Part shown: piece after piece, positions 47,804 to 58,365 of the stretch | How positions within the stretch are numbered: the first letter of the stretch is position 1 | Layout: each line of letters opens with the position of its first letter | The notes under the pieces: generated by a model | Told to the model about the DNA's origin: nothing | Databases searched by the model: none | What the model saw: the letters and a program-made list of their open reading frames with translations, nothing else | Made by a program: the position numbers and the translations under genes | From: a virus | Reading direction: 5' to 3' (one strand) | Length of the DNA stretch: 64,000 nt | Virus record (IMG/VR): IMGVR_UViG_3300031215_000009 | Span: 1 to 64,000 of that record

Positions 47804-49345
47804 ATGAGAATTAACGTTATTGAAAAATTAGGACTATATGAAAAACTAAAAGGGTTATCTGCAAGTCTTAACGAACACGAAGTATCTCAAACGATTTGCA
47901 ACAAAGCAATACACGATTTGAAAAGTGGGTTTACCGCAAGTAAATTTAACTTATACTTAGAACAATTAAAAGAATATGATTGGATTACAGATGTTGAAAG
48001 TTTCCTTGAATCAGTTGACACATTTATAAACGAAAACAAATACGGGTTAGAACTTGAAAGAATAATGAACAAATTGGATGGTATTAACACATACGTACCA
48101 GTTGTTGAATCAATCAAAAGTTTAGTAGCTCTTGAAGAATCAGAAATTAAAAACAGTCTTCCATCATTATCAAAATTCAAATTCGAACCAAATGTTAAGA
48201 GATTAATAGAAGGTTTCGAAAGAGAAGAGTTTAATGTACAAACTACGGCAAAAGCAGAAATTACAAGTTCACCTGTGTCACCTGTTATGCAATTAGAAGA
48301 AGGATTTGTATTCACTTCTAAAAGCGGTAACTATATGGTAGCAAATGACCTTACTAAAGTTGAAAAATTTACAGGTAAAGTTAGTGCTGAATTTGCAAAA
48401 GCAAACCAAGCTTTGAATATGTTTACTTACAAAGGTAACAACACATTTGAAGCAGTATTACCAAAAGCAACGTTTAAGATTGTTACAAGTGAAAAAGGTA
48501 ATACAATGACTATCAATGAAAGTGTAATTGAAAACAAAGAACAATTATCTAAAGTATTGAAAAACGCAGGATTTATTGATTATACTAATACTAAAGTGAG
48601 ATCACTTGTTGAATTCATGTATGAAAAAGCAAACGATTTTATAGAAATTGATTTTGTTAAATCGGTTGAAACTATCAAAGAAAACTTTGAAGTATTCAAA
48701 ATGGCAAACAATGAAGTATCTATTTCTAAATTCGATAAAGTTTCAAGAGGGTTTGTATTAGAATCATTAGACATTGAAGATGTTGAAGAGTTAAGTGAAT
48801 CATTAAAGAAAAATTATGATTTAGATTTCAATCATGTTCTTGAAGGATTACACATCAATGTTGATTCTTTAGAGTTTAAAGGATTAGTAGAAGGAATTGA
48901 TATAACTAAACTTGTTGATATGACTAAAACTGATGAAATTTACGCTAAGATTGACGAAGCAGTTGCAAAGTACAACGAATTAAATGTTGAAAATAGAGCA
49001 AATGTTGAAGCTGAATTCAAAACTTTATCAGAAATGGAAGACACATTAAAGAGTGATGAAGTTCAATTTATCGTTGAAACAAAGAAAGTCTTAGTTGAAA
49101 AACTAGATGAAGGTGAGGAGTTAGAGAAGTCTATCGCTATGTTAAACGAAGAATTAACTACTTTGTTAATAGAAAAGAAAAAGGTTTCCCCAAAGGAAGC
49201 AAAAAAAAGATTAGAAGAAATTAGAAAATCTTTAAAAGCGGAAAACATTAGTTATGGTGAAATTGCAGAACTTGAAGCACTTTCAGCATATATTGAAGAT
49301 GATGATATAGAACTTAGACAAGCAGCTGGATTACCAGAAAATTAG
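47804..49345 (+). CDS. Acidic late protein, probable prohead core/internal protein
   Basis: Many LNE/INE/LES/VES sites; TTAAATA box upstream. Confidence 0.45.
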   Translation: MRINVIEKLGLYEKLKGLSASLNEHEVSQTICNKAIHDLKSGFTASKFNLYLEQLKEYDWITDVESFLESVDTFINENKYGLELERIMNKLDGINTYVPVVESIKSLVALEESEIKNSLPSLSKFKFEPNVKRLIEGFEREEFNVQTTAKAEITSSPVSPVMQLEEGFVFTSKSGNYMVANDLTKVEKFTGKVSAEFAKANQALNMFTYKGNNTFEAVLPKATFKIVTSEKGNTMTINESVIENKEQLSKVLKNAGFIDYTNTKVRSLVEFMYEKANDFIEIDFVKSVETIKENFEVFKMANNEVSISKFDKVSRGFVLESLDIEDVEELSESLKKNYDLDFNHVLEGLHINVDSLEFKGLVEGIDITKLVDMTKTDEIYAKIDEAVAKYNELNVENRANVEAEFKTLSEMEDTLKSDEVQFIVETKKVLVEKLDEGEELEKSIAMLNEELTTLLIEKKKVSPKEAKKRLEEIRKSLKAENISYGEIAELEALSAYIEDDDIELRQAAGLPEN

Positions 49346-49435
49346 TATAAATAAAATAAATTACATAAAAAACGTATTTAATATATACATAAAGGGGAAA
49401 CAATTATGTTTCCCCTTTTTAAATTTAAGAAATAT

Positions 49436-50182
49436 ATGTCAAAAACTAAAAATTATCTAAATAAAAAAGATTTGTTAGAAGAAATCTACAAATCAAGAGC
49501 ACAAGACGAACTTACAACAAAATGTGTAGAAATGTTAATGTTACTTGCAAAAAAGACTATTCGAAAACTTTATTACAAATGTGAAGATGATAAAGAACAT
49601 GCACTATCAGAAGCATATTACGATTTGGCAAAGAATTGGCGAGGATTTGATCCAGATTACGCAAAGTTTCATGGTTATGCAGATTTAAAACCAGGTGATG
49701 AAATTAGAGTTTATCCAGAAAAAGGTTCAGATAGGACAGCAGCCGCAATTGTAGTAGAAAACTATCCAGTAGAAACTCTTATAGAAGAAGAAAAAAAACG
49801 TTTAGTTAGTTTAGGTAAAAGAGAAATAACATTTGAACATATTAAAGAAGATGAAATTGTTATTTTTAGATTCTTAAAAAAAGGGGTTAGAAAATCTAAA
49901 TCTAATCCAGAAGAAGATTATACAACATCAATGGTAGATGTTACAGGTTCAGATACTATCAAATTAAATTATATCGTTAAGAAAAACCTTAGAGATATTG
50001 ATATATTTGAAAAAGAACAAATAATTATCAAAGACCCAAATCCATTTTCCTTTTTTACATCAGCATGTATCAATGGTTATGCAAAAGGATGGAAAAGATT
50101 ATATCCAAAGAAATCGAAAGGATTGTTACTTAGTATAGATTCTGGATATAATACAGACGGCGATGGTATGCATTCAATATAA
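49436..50182 (+). CDS. Late sigma factor (gp55-like) with a large internal insertion
   Basis: NYLNKKDLL...FDP [about 125 aa] NPFSFFT. Confidence 0.75.
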   Translation: MSKTKNYLNKKDLLEEIYKSRAQDELTTKCVEMLMLLAKKTIRKLYYKCEDDKEHALSEAYYDLAKNWRGFDPDYAKFHGYADLKPGDEIRVYPEKGSDRTAAAIVVENYPVETLIEEEKKRLVSLGKREITFEHIKEDEIVIFRFLKKGVRKSKSNPEEDYTTSMVDVTGSDTIKLNYIVKKNLRDIDIFEKEQIIIKDPNPFSFFTSACINGYAKGWKRLYPKKSKGLLLSIDSGYNTDGDGMHSI

Positions 50183-50256
50183 TATCCCATCAAATTAATT
50201 TAAACCTTAAACCTCTATCATTTGATAGGGGTTTTTTTGTGTCTATTAAATAATAT

Positions 50257-50736
50257 ATGAATATTAAGAACTTGAAACCAACAATGAATGGAAGAACAAA
50301 ACAAGGATATTTTAACATATCTGAATCCGTTAAATATATTGGAGCAGTAAAGAAAGTAATTTATAGGTCCTCGTGGGAACAACGTTTTTGTATTTGGTGT
50401 GAAAGAAGTCCAGTAGTAGAAAAATGGTCTTCAGAATCAATAGTAGTGAAATATCATTGTCCAATAGACAATAGAGTTAAGAATTACTATCCAGACTTTT
50501 TAGTTAAAATGTCAGATGGTAAAACTTGGTTAGTTGAAGTAAAGCCCGCACAGGAATATAAAAATCCACCATCAAAACCTAAAAGAAAAACAAAGAAATC
50601 ATTGAAAACTTATGAATATCTGATGAAAAATTATATAGTAAATACCTCGAAGTTTAAGTCTGCAATTGCATTTTGTGATTCAAAGGGGTGGACTTTCTTT
50701 GTTGCAGATGAAAATTGGTTCAAAACTAAGAAATGA
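50257..50736 (+). CDS. Head completion nuclease (gp4-like)
   Basis: IYRSSWE...W.SE...YYPDF...LVEVKP...N..K..A..FC. Confidence 0.9.
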   Translation: MNIKNLKPTMNGRTKQGYFNISESVKYIGAVKKVIYRSSWEQRFCIWCERSPVVEKWSSESIVVKYHCPIDNRVKNYYPDFLVKMSDGKTWLVEVKPAQEYKNPPSKPKRKTKKSLKTYEYLMKNYIVNTSKFKSAIAFCDSKGWTFFVADENWFKTKK

Positions 50737-51341
50737 TACTAAAAGAAATAAATCAAGAAGTTAGGTCTAAGGGAGTTAAAATTGCAGAAAAAGAAGCTGA
50801 TAATTGGTTATCATCTGCAAAAAATAACCCAAGAGACTCAACTGTTGTGTTTTGTGAAAATCAAATGATGCAAGTTGGTAAAATAAACCAATTTAGTTAT
50901 AATCCCAAAGGTAAAGACACTTTAGATTATTATGACAAAAAACCTTTAGTTCTTAGTTTAGGTGTTGTGCATAAGAAAAAAATGAGATATGAATTAGGAA
51001 TAAACTTAAATTTTATTCCCGCTCCATATAAATGGTTCATATTAGATAAAGTTCAAAGAACATATAGTGGTTTCTTTAATAGACAAAAAGATGGTAGAGC
51101 ATCAAACGATGCATTAAAACAACCACAAATAATGTACAAATATAGAGCAATAAAGGCAATGTTATCTCAATATGGATTTGAATTTGCAATTAGAATGTAC
51201 ATCCCAAGTAGAAAATCAAGAGTTTATTGTATTAATTATAATAGTTGGGTAAACGCCTCCTTTTTAAAGAAAGAAAACTTTTCTGGTATCACATATAGTG
51301 AAATGATAAAAGAGTTTCAAAAAGCGAAAAATTCGAGGTAG
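50733..51341 (+). CDS. DNA end protector (gp2-like)
   Basis: FSYNPKGKDTLDYYDKKPL...GINLNFIP. Confidence 0.8.
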   Translation: MILKEINQEVRSKGVKIAEKEADNWLSSAKNNPRDSTVVFCENQMMQVGKINQFSYNPKGKDTLDYYDKKPLVLSLGVVHKKKMRYELGINLNFIPAPYKWFILDKVQRTYSGFFNRQKDGRASNDALKQPQIMYKYRAIKAMLSQYGFEFAIRMYIPSRKSRVYCINYNSWVNASFLKKENFSGITYSEMIKEFQKAKNSR

Positions 51342-51372
51342 TTAAATAATATAATAAAAAGATAATTAAAAT

Positions 51373-52983
51373 ATGGCATCTATATTCAATAGAAGTGGGG
51401 CAAATAGCAATAATCCCAATGTAAATAATAAATCATTCAGAAACACTTCTTTAAGAAAGTTATCTGGAAGAGGATATGATTTCAAGGATAGTGTAATATC
51501 AAATTCAGAAGCAATTGGTTCTATTGAGAATCAAATTGGTTGGGAAGATAACAATAACCTGTTACGTTATGGTTATGACACTAATAATATGGATCAATTA
51601 TATGATTTTTCATATTCTGATGTATATTCAAAGAAAAACATTCCCTTTTTTGACCAAAACTATCCTGAAAAGATAAAACAACTTAGAAGTTATGCATTAC
51701 AAGATGAAATTGAAATGATTCTCGATACATTGACAGATGAAGTAGTTGTTTACAATACAGATAGATATTTTGCAGATATTTCTTGGGAATCAGACCCAAA
51801 TATGAAAGACGAGTTTTCTCAAATCATAAAAGAAAACTTAAATGATAATTTCAAAAAGATATATAATCTATTTGGATTTAAAAATGAGAACACAGCTTGG
51901 CACTTTGTAAAGAAGTTTTTAGTTGATGGTTATTTATCATACGAAATCATTTGGGATAATTCAAAAACAAACATTATTGGTTTCAAAGAATTAGATCCAG
52001 TTTCATTAACACCAAAAATTTATGAAGATGGTACTCGTGGATGGGTTCAATATCCAATGGACCAAGTTAAGAAACGTGAATTAACGGACGCCCAGGTTAT
52101 TTTCTTATCTTATTCAGCAATCAACAACGAAAATAGAGTATCGTACACTGAGAGACTTGTAAGGTCGTTTAATCTATTGAGAATCATGGAACAAACAAGA
52201 ATTATTTGGTCTGTTGTGAATAGTTCATACAAAACTAAATTTATTATTCCAGTTGGTGGAAAGTCTAAACAAATGGCAAAACAAACATTAGGTTCATTAA
52301 TGCAGTCTTATAGAGAGAATGTAGATTTTGATAATGAATCAGGAGAATTAAAAATCAATGGTAAATCAATGATGCCTTTCTCTAAAGAATATTGGATCCC
52401 AGAAGGGGAACAAGGAACACCATCAATTGAAAATATTGGGAATGATGGACCAGATTTATCAGATACAGACAAATTAAAATATTTTGTTGATAAATTAATT
52501 CAAGTTTCTAAAATTCCAAGAAATAGATTTATGAAAGAAGAATCTCCAAGATGGGAATCTTCAGCTGAAGGATATACAAGAGAAGAAATATATTTCAGTA
52601 GGTTTATTGACAGATTAAGAGGTAAAATTCAAGAAGTTTTATTAAGACCTGTAATTTTACAAACTAAAAGAGATATTAAAGAATTAGCAGAGGATCCGAT
52701 GTTTGATTCAAAAGTTAATCTAAACTGGACAAGATATGATGTTTTTGAAAAAATAAAGGAAACTGAATTACTACAAAGAGAATTAGATTTAATTAGTTCA
52801 GCAAAAGACTCATTAATTGACTATGATGCAGAAGGTAACGAAATTAGATTTTTTGCATCCGAGTTTTTAGTGCGAAAATACTTGACATCATTGACAGAAA
52901 CTGATTTAAAGTTGAACAGAAAACTGAAAGCACAAGAAGATAAAGCTATGAAAGATAACCTACCAGATGAACAAGAATTTTAA
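51373..52983 (+). CDS. Portal protein (gp20-like)
   Basis: FLVDG, ELDP, NLLRIME, YWIP, REEI.FSRFI.RLR. Confidence 0.9.
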   Translation: MASIFNRSGANSNNPNVNNKSFRNTSLRKLSGRGYDFKDSVISNSEAIGSIENQIGWEDNNNLLRYGYDTNNMDQLYDFSYSDVYSKKNIPFFDQNYPEKIKQLRSYALQDEIEMILDTLTDEVVVYNTDRYFADISWESDPNMKDEFSQIIKENLNDNFKKIYNLFGFKNENTAWHFVKKFLVDGYLSYEIIWDNSKTNIIGFKELDPVSLTPKIYEDGTRGWVQYPMDQVKKRELTDAQVIFLSYSAINNENRVSYTERLVRSFNLLRIMEQTRIIWSVVNSSYKTKFIIPVGGKSKQMAKQTLGSLMQSYRENVDFDNESGELKINGKSMMPFSKEYWIPEGEQGTPSIENIGNDGPDLSDTDKLKYFVDKLIQVSKIPRNRFMKEESPRWESSAEGYTREEIYFSRFIDRLRGKIQEVLLRPVILQTKRDIKELAEDPMFDSKVNLNWTRYDVFEKIKETELLQRELDLISSAKDSLIDYDAEGNEIRFFASEFLVRKYLTSLTETDLKLNRKLKAQEDKAMKDNLPDEQEF

Positions 52984-53038
52984 GGTTAAATTCAAAAGGA
53001 TTAAATATTATAAATTAAGACAAAATTAATTAATACAA

Positions 53039-54919
53039 ATGAAAGATTATTTATTAATAGAAAAATCAAAGTTTAAAGTAAAATCTACAGACGAAAGTGA
53101 TAAATATACTTTAGAAGGTGTTTTTACAGAATTCGATAATGAAAATAGAAATGGTAGAATTTATACCAGAAAAGAATTTCAACCACATTTTGATGTCTTG
53201 AAAAAGACAGTATTAGAAGGGACTTCTGTTGGGGAATTGGATCATCCAAAACAATTTGAAACAACATTGAAAAATGTTTCACATAAGATTGAAGATATTT
53301 GGATAGACGAATCAACTAACTGTGTAATGGGGAAAATTAAGTTACTAAACACAGAAGCAGGAAAAAATGCAAAAGCATTAGTTGATGCTGGTGTTCCTTT
53401 ACATATTTCTTCAAGAGCAGCTGGAACTGTTACAGAAAACAAATCTGTTAAAATTCATAAACTTTTTACTTATGATTTAGTAGATACTCCAGGTTTCGCA
53501 AATGCCCGTTTGAATAGTTTAACAGAATCTTTTGGGTTCTTAAATGAAAACGAAGAACTTGATGAATTTAGTAATTTTGCTATATATGAAGTTCAAAAGC
53601 AAATCAAAGCGGATATGGTTGAGTTAAATAATAAAAATAAAGAAACTAAACCAATGGACAAAATCGAATACCTTAAAGAAAACGAATTCAACAAATACAC
53701 AGAAGAACAGTCTAAAGCAACTAAAAAAGCTATTAATTCTGTTAAATCTGAAATTGCTGAAATGAAAGAAATTCAAGAAAGTATAATTGAACAAAATGAT
53801 TCAATTGTTGATGAATATAGTAATGCAGATTTCAAAAAGAAAATTGCAGATTTAGAAGAAAAATTAGTTGCAATCGACAAATGGTCTGAGCACGTTAAAG
53901 ACGAATTTAATGGTCTTAAAGAAGCTAATGATGGTGGAAAACTTGGTAAAGAAGATGAAACTATCGAATATCACGTAGGGGATGAAGTAGAAGGAAAAAT
54001 TGTTAGAGCAATCGAAAAAACAGATGATGGTAAAACAACAATCTATTTTGAAGGTGAAGACGAACCAATGATTATGGAAGCACAAGCAGAACTTGCTAAA
54101 GCAGACCCATTACAAGTTGGTGCAAAATATAAAGGTGGTGTTATTACACAAGTAGAAGTTCAAGATGATGGAAGTACTAAAGTATATCTTGATTCAACTG
54201 ATGAACCTATTATTGTAGGTAAAACTAAAGTTGATAATTTAATTGACGATACTACAATGCAAGAAAAGTACGATGCTCTTGAAGCAAAGTTTGAAGCAAT
54301 GATTAAGTGGTCAGAAGAAGTAACAGAAACTGTTACAGCATTAGAAAAATGGTCAGATCATTCAACTGACACTGTTTCAGCAATGGAAAAGTGGACAGAC
54401 CACGTTACAGAAAGTGTTACAACTATTGAAAAATGGTCAGAACATGTAACAGAATCAGTAACTCTTTTAGAAGAAAGTGCTGTAAATAAAAGTGATATAA
54501 ACGCTGAAAAAATTAACGAAAATAAAATTTCCGATTTTAAAGCGAGTATATATAATAAGTTAGAGAGTATTTTAGAAAATGCTAAGGAGCAAAAAGCAAC
54601 AGACAAAACACCTCTAAACGAATCTAAATCTGATTTAGAAAAGAAAAACGAGTCTCCATTATGGTTACAAATGATTCCAACTAAATACAAGGAAACTTGG
54701 GAAGGATTAGAAGAAAGCGAAAAAGTTAGAATCTCAAAGAGAGCTGATTTATTCGATTTCAAAACAGAATCAGTAATTAAATCTTTTTGGAACAACGAGT
54801 TGACTAAAGAGAATGTAATTAAAGAGGAAAAAGTTGAAATTACTCCTGAAGCTAAACAAACTATGCTTAACGAAAGAAGAGCAGCCGCAGTTAAAGGTTA
54901 TAGAGCAAATTTCGGTTAA
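53039..54919 (+). CDS. Prohead protease (gp21-like) fused to a scaffold-like coiled coil (gp22-like)
   Basis: NRNGRIY, GELDHP, VSHKI, ISSRAAG and YDLVDTPG, followed by about 450 aa of acidic coiled coil. Confidence 0.88.
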   Translation: MKDYLLIEKSKFKVKSTDESDKYTLEGVFTEFDNENRNGRIYTRKEFQPHFDVLKKTVLEGTSVGELDHPKQFETTLKNVSHKIEDIWIDESTNCVMGKIKLLNTEAGKNAKALVDAGVPLHISSRAAGTVTENKSVKIHKLFTYDLVDTPGFANARLNSLTESFGFLNENEELDEFSNFAIYEVQKQIKADMVELNNKNKETKPMDKIEYLKENEFNKYTEEQSKATKKAINSVKSEIAEMKEIQESIIEQNDSIVDEYSNADFKKKIADLEEKLVAIDKWSEHVKDEFNGLKEANDGGKLGKEDETIEYHVGDEVEGKIVRAIEKTDDGKTTIYFEGEDEPMIMEAQAELAKADPLQVGAKYKGGVITQVEVQDDGSTKVYLDSTDEPIIVGKTKVDNLIDDTTMQEKYDALEAKFEAMIKWSEEVTETVTALEKWSDHSTDTVSAMEKWTDHVTESVTTIEKWSEHVTESVTLLEESAVNKSDINAEKINENKISDFKASIYNKLESILENAKEQKATDKTPLNESKSDLEKKNESPLWLQMIPTKYKETWEGLEESEKVRISKRADLFDFKTESVIKSFWNNELTKENVIKEEKVEITPEAKQTMLNERRAAAVKGYRANFG

Positions 54920-54952
54920 AATTAAGAAAATTAAAAAAAATAAGTTGTTAAA

Positions 54953-56611
54953 ATGAACAAACATCAATTATTAGAAAGTTGGACACCAACTATCGAACAA
55001 ACAATTGGTAAAGATGTAGATGCTACTAAAAAACATTTAGTTGCAACAATCTGTCAATTACAAGAAACCTATGAATCCAAACTACAAGGTATGGGTGGAT
55101 TAATGGAAAACAATGCTTACGCAACTTTAGGTTCTGTAAACGGTATGGGTGCAGTACAATTACCTACAACAAATGGAAACGGTTGGTCAACTGGAGCAGC
55201 AGGTTCTGGAGATGTTCCTTATTCTCTATTACCATTAGCTATTCAAGTTGCAGCACAAACTATTGGATTGGAATTAGTTCCTACTATCCCAATGAACTCT
55301 CCAGTTGGAATGTTATCTTACATGGATTTCGTTTATTCTGGTGGTAAAAATGGTTATGCACCATTGAATGATTTATATGCAAAAGGAACAAGTGGATTCG
55401 GTGCAAACTCACCTATCTATATTAAAGTACCTTTGGATGATTACACATTAGCTGTTAAAGGAGCAACTGCAACTTTAGATACTACTGCTGTAACTGTATT
55501 AGGTCAATCAAGAATTGATGGTTACGCTATCTTAAAATTACCAAGAGAATTAGGTGCTGCAGTTTCTGTTGCTACTTTAGTTCCAGCGGCAACTCCAGGA
55601 ACTAATGCATTGACATTTGCTGGTGGTACTGCAGGTATTACTGCAAAAGCAGAATTAGTAAAAGCGTTAGAAGATCACATTATTGATTTCTCTACAAACC
55701 AAGGTGCTGACACATTCAACCAAGTTGATAAAATGTCAAGATTACAAGGTGAAACTACACCAGCAAACGTTGGAAACCTACAATTATTCTCTAAAGCAAT
55801 CGAGGCTAAGACTGTACAAGCAGCAGCAGCGGTAACAAGAGAGCAATTAATGGACTTGAAACAATTCGGTATTGATGCGGTTGCACAAGCAAACCAATTC
55901 TTAGCGAATGAAATGACGCAAGTTATTAACAAGGACATTTTAGGTGAAATCTTTGAGTTAGGATTAACTAACCACAAGAACATCGAAACTGTTTCTGGAA
56001 AAAACTATCACTTAGTTTTAGACCAAAACAACACTGCTAATTCTATTGCAACTTTGGCAGCAGCAAATCCTTTCTGGGGATATTTCACAGGAATGGGAAG
56101 TGTAACATCAGTAGATGCTGCAAACTTAGGTGCTGAGAACTTAGCAACAAGACAAAGAAGATTAATGTCAAGAATGTTAGCTTCAAGTAACATCATTTCT
56201 GTAAGAGGAAGAAGAGGACCAGCAACTTTCGCTGTATGTTCTGGAGGTGTTGCAAGTGGATTCCAAGATTGTGCAGGTTTCGTACCTTACCCAATCGCTA
56301 ACACTATTAACCAAGTTCCTGGTGCTTTATATCCAATCGGAACATTGGCAGGAGTAGCAGTATACGTTGACCCTAACATGACTTGGGAAGATGGTAGAAT
56401 TGCATTAGGAAGAAAAGGAGACGGTAACACACCAGGTCTTGTATTCATGCCTTACGTAATGGCTGATACTGTTGAAACAATCGCAGAAGGAACAATGGCT
56501 CCTAAACTTCAAATGAAGTCTAGATATGCATTGGTTCACGCTGGACATCACCCTGAAACTATGTACTTGACTATCGGTACAGAGAACATTGTTGATAACG
56601 GTTGGGCATAA
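54953..56611 (+). CDS. Major capsid protein (gp23-like)
   Basis: LLESW.P, LVPTIPM.SP, EM...INK.I, VYVDP, FMPY and P.L.MKSRYAL. Confidence 0.92.
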   Translation: MNKHQLLESWTPTIEQTIGKDVDATKKHLVATICQLQETYESKLQGMGGLMENNAYATLGSVNGMGAVQLPTTNGNGWSTGAAGSGDVPYSLLPLAIQVAAQTIGLELVPTIPMNSPVGMLSYMDFVYSGGKNGYAPLNDLYAKGTSGFGANSPIYIKVPLDDYTLAVKGATATLDTTAVTVLGQSRIDGYAILKLPRELGAAVSVATLVPAATPGTNALTFAGGTAGITAKAELVKALEDHIIDFSTNQGADTFNQVDKMSRLQGETTPANVGNLQLFSKAIEAKTVQAAAAVTREQLMDLKQFGIDAVAQANQFLANEMTQVINKDILGEIFELGLTNHKNIETVSGKNYHLVLDQNNTANSIATLAAANPFWGYFTGMGSVTSVDAANLGAENLATRQRRLMSRMLASSNIISVRGRRGPATFAVCSGGVASGFQDCAGFVPYPIANTINQVPGALYPIGTLAGVAVYVDPNMTWEDGRIALGRKGDGNTPGLVFMPYVMADTVETIAEGTMAPKLQMKSRYALVHAGHHPETMYLTIGTENIVDNGWA

Positions 56612-56631
56612 TAACTTAAACACAATAAACC

Positions 56632-56665
56632 AAAAGGGTAACATTTATTTGTTACCCTTTTTTTT
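56632..56665 (+). terminator. Intrinsic terminator after the capsid gene
   Basis: AAAAGGGTAACA-TTTATT-TGTTACCCTTTTTTTT. Similar hairpins lie at about 16336, 21609, 22730, 29945, 32497, 39983, 40304, 49392 and 50209. Confidence 0.85.
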
Positions 56666-56695
56666 GATTAAATAACTAAAATACCAACTTAAAAT

Positions 56696-57757
56696 ATGAT
56701 TAAGAATTTAAACGATTATAGTCAATATATTTCAAATAAAGAAAACCTTTCTTTAACAGAAGAAGATTTAGGATTTTTAAAATCTTATATGGACACACAA
56801 GAAAAACTAAAAGCATTTTTAGCAACATATATGTATATTTTATCTCCCGGAACTGGAGATGGTATAATGGAATCAAATAGGTTAGAATCTATTGATATTA
56901 AAAAAGTATTAGAAGATAATAATGAACTTAATGAAAATGTTCTTGGTAATGTTATGGCATTCTTAAAAGGAAAAACTGGAATTAGCAAATATTATAAAGG
57001 ATTGGATTCAGCAGCGAAAAACTATATTAAAGCATCTAAACAAATTGATAAATTGGATTTAGATAAAAGAACAGATTCAAGAGAAAAAGCATTAGATGTT
57101 TATACAAAACAAGTTAAGTCATTAGATTCTATTAAAAGTGATGTTGATAAACTTAAAAAAGATTCTAAGATATTAACTAAATATGACCAATTTGCATTAA
57201 ACAAATATAAAATTAATTTATTTTTATCAGGAAAGAAATCTGGAGTTAGTTTAGCAAAACTGAAAGGTTATGAAGATAAAATTGATAAAATCAAAGCAGA
57301 CCAAGTAAAGTATGCTCAAGAAATTAAAGATAACGAACAAAAAACCAAAAAAGAACAAGAAAAGGCAAAAGAAAAGGTGGCAGAAGAGGGTGATAAGAAA
57401 GATGATAAAGATGAAAAGACAGAAGTAGAAAAAACACAATCTGAAACTGCTAAAATCAAGGCTGATGTTGATAAAGAAAACCCAAATCAAGACACTAAAG
57501 ATGTTAAGAATGAAAAGATTCAAAAACAATTAGATGATTTAAAAGCAAAAAAGAATAGAATCAAAATAGAATCTATTAAAAAACCAAAGAAAGGTAAAGA
57601 TTACGAAAAAGAAATTGATGACCTTTCTAATAAAGTAGCAAATCTTGAAAAGAAACTTAAAGAAAATTCTACACTATCATTATCATTCTTTTATGAACTG
57701 AGTAATATTAACGAAAAACTTACATGCTTAGAAAACTCAATCGGAGAAAATCTGTAA
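56696..57757 (+). CDS. Lys-rich coiled-coil late protein, probably head-internal
   Basis: TTAAATA box upstream; LTE/LNE/INE sites. Confidence 0.45.
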   Translation: MIKNLNDYSQYISNKENLSLTEEDLGFLKSYMDTQEKLKAFLATYMYILSPGTGDGIMESNRLESIDIKKVLEDNNELNENVLGNVMAFLKGKTGISKYYKGLDSAAKNYIKASKQIDKLDLDKRTDSREKALDVYTKQVKSLDSIKSDVDKLKKDSKILTKYDQFALNKYKINLFLSGKKSGVSLAKLKGYEDKIDKIKADQVKYAQEIKDNEQKTKKEQEKAKEKVAEEGDKKDDKDEKTEVEKTQSETAKIKADVDKENPNQDTKDVKNEKIQKQLDDLKAKKNRIKIESIKKPKKGKDYEKEIDDLSNKVANLEKKLKENSTLSLSFFYELSNINEKLTCLENSIGENL

Positions 57758-58365
57758 GAAAAAACTTTCATACAGATATAATATATCAAAGATTATTATT
57801 AGATAAAGCAAATCAACAAGAAAAACGCGTGTTTACCTCCAACAAGGTAGCACGTAATTTCTTTGATGATGATTTATTTTGTAATATGTTGATCCAAAAG
57901 GATAAGTTTATAATGAATAAACTTACAGGAACATTAGCAAAAAGATTATTTCCATTTTATCCAAGTTATATTCCATTAGTAGATTCAAATATTATTCTAT
58001 CTAAAGATGAATATTATTGGACTGCAAACACTATACATTATCCATGTTTAAGATGTGGTGAAAATACAACATCATTTTTAGGTGATTTTGGATTAAAGAA
58101 TGTATTGTGTGGTACTTGCATTGAAGATAATTACATTAACAAGAAAGGAATATTTGATAAAAGACTACACGACCACGAATATTCAAAATTTCATCAAAAT
58201 TTCTACGTAATTAACAAAGAACATCAAAGTATGATATTCAGTAAGTTGATTAAACGAGAGAAATCTTTTTATTCTAATGACAAATCTATAAGAAAAGGAT
58301 TGAAACGTAGTTATACTGAAAAATTAAAGAGCATTGAAAAGGTTTTTAATTCTTTGACAAATTGA
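57724..58365 (+). CDS. Hypothetical protein with CxxC...CxxC zinc finger
   Basis: CLRC...CGTC. Confidence 0.5.
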   Translation: MLRKLNRRKSVRKNFHTDIIYQRLLLDKANQQEKRVFTSNKVARNFFDDDLFCNMLIQKDKFIMNKLTGTLAKRLFPFYPSYIPLVDSNIILSKDEYYWTANTIHYPCLRCGENTTSFLGDFGLKNVLCGTCIEDNYINKKGIFDKRLHDHEYSKFHQNFYVINKEHQSMIFSKLIKREKSFYSNDKSIRKGLKRSYTEKLKSIEKVFNSLTN

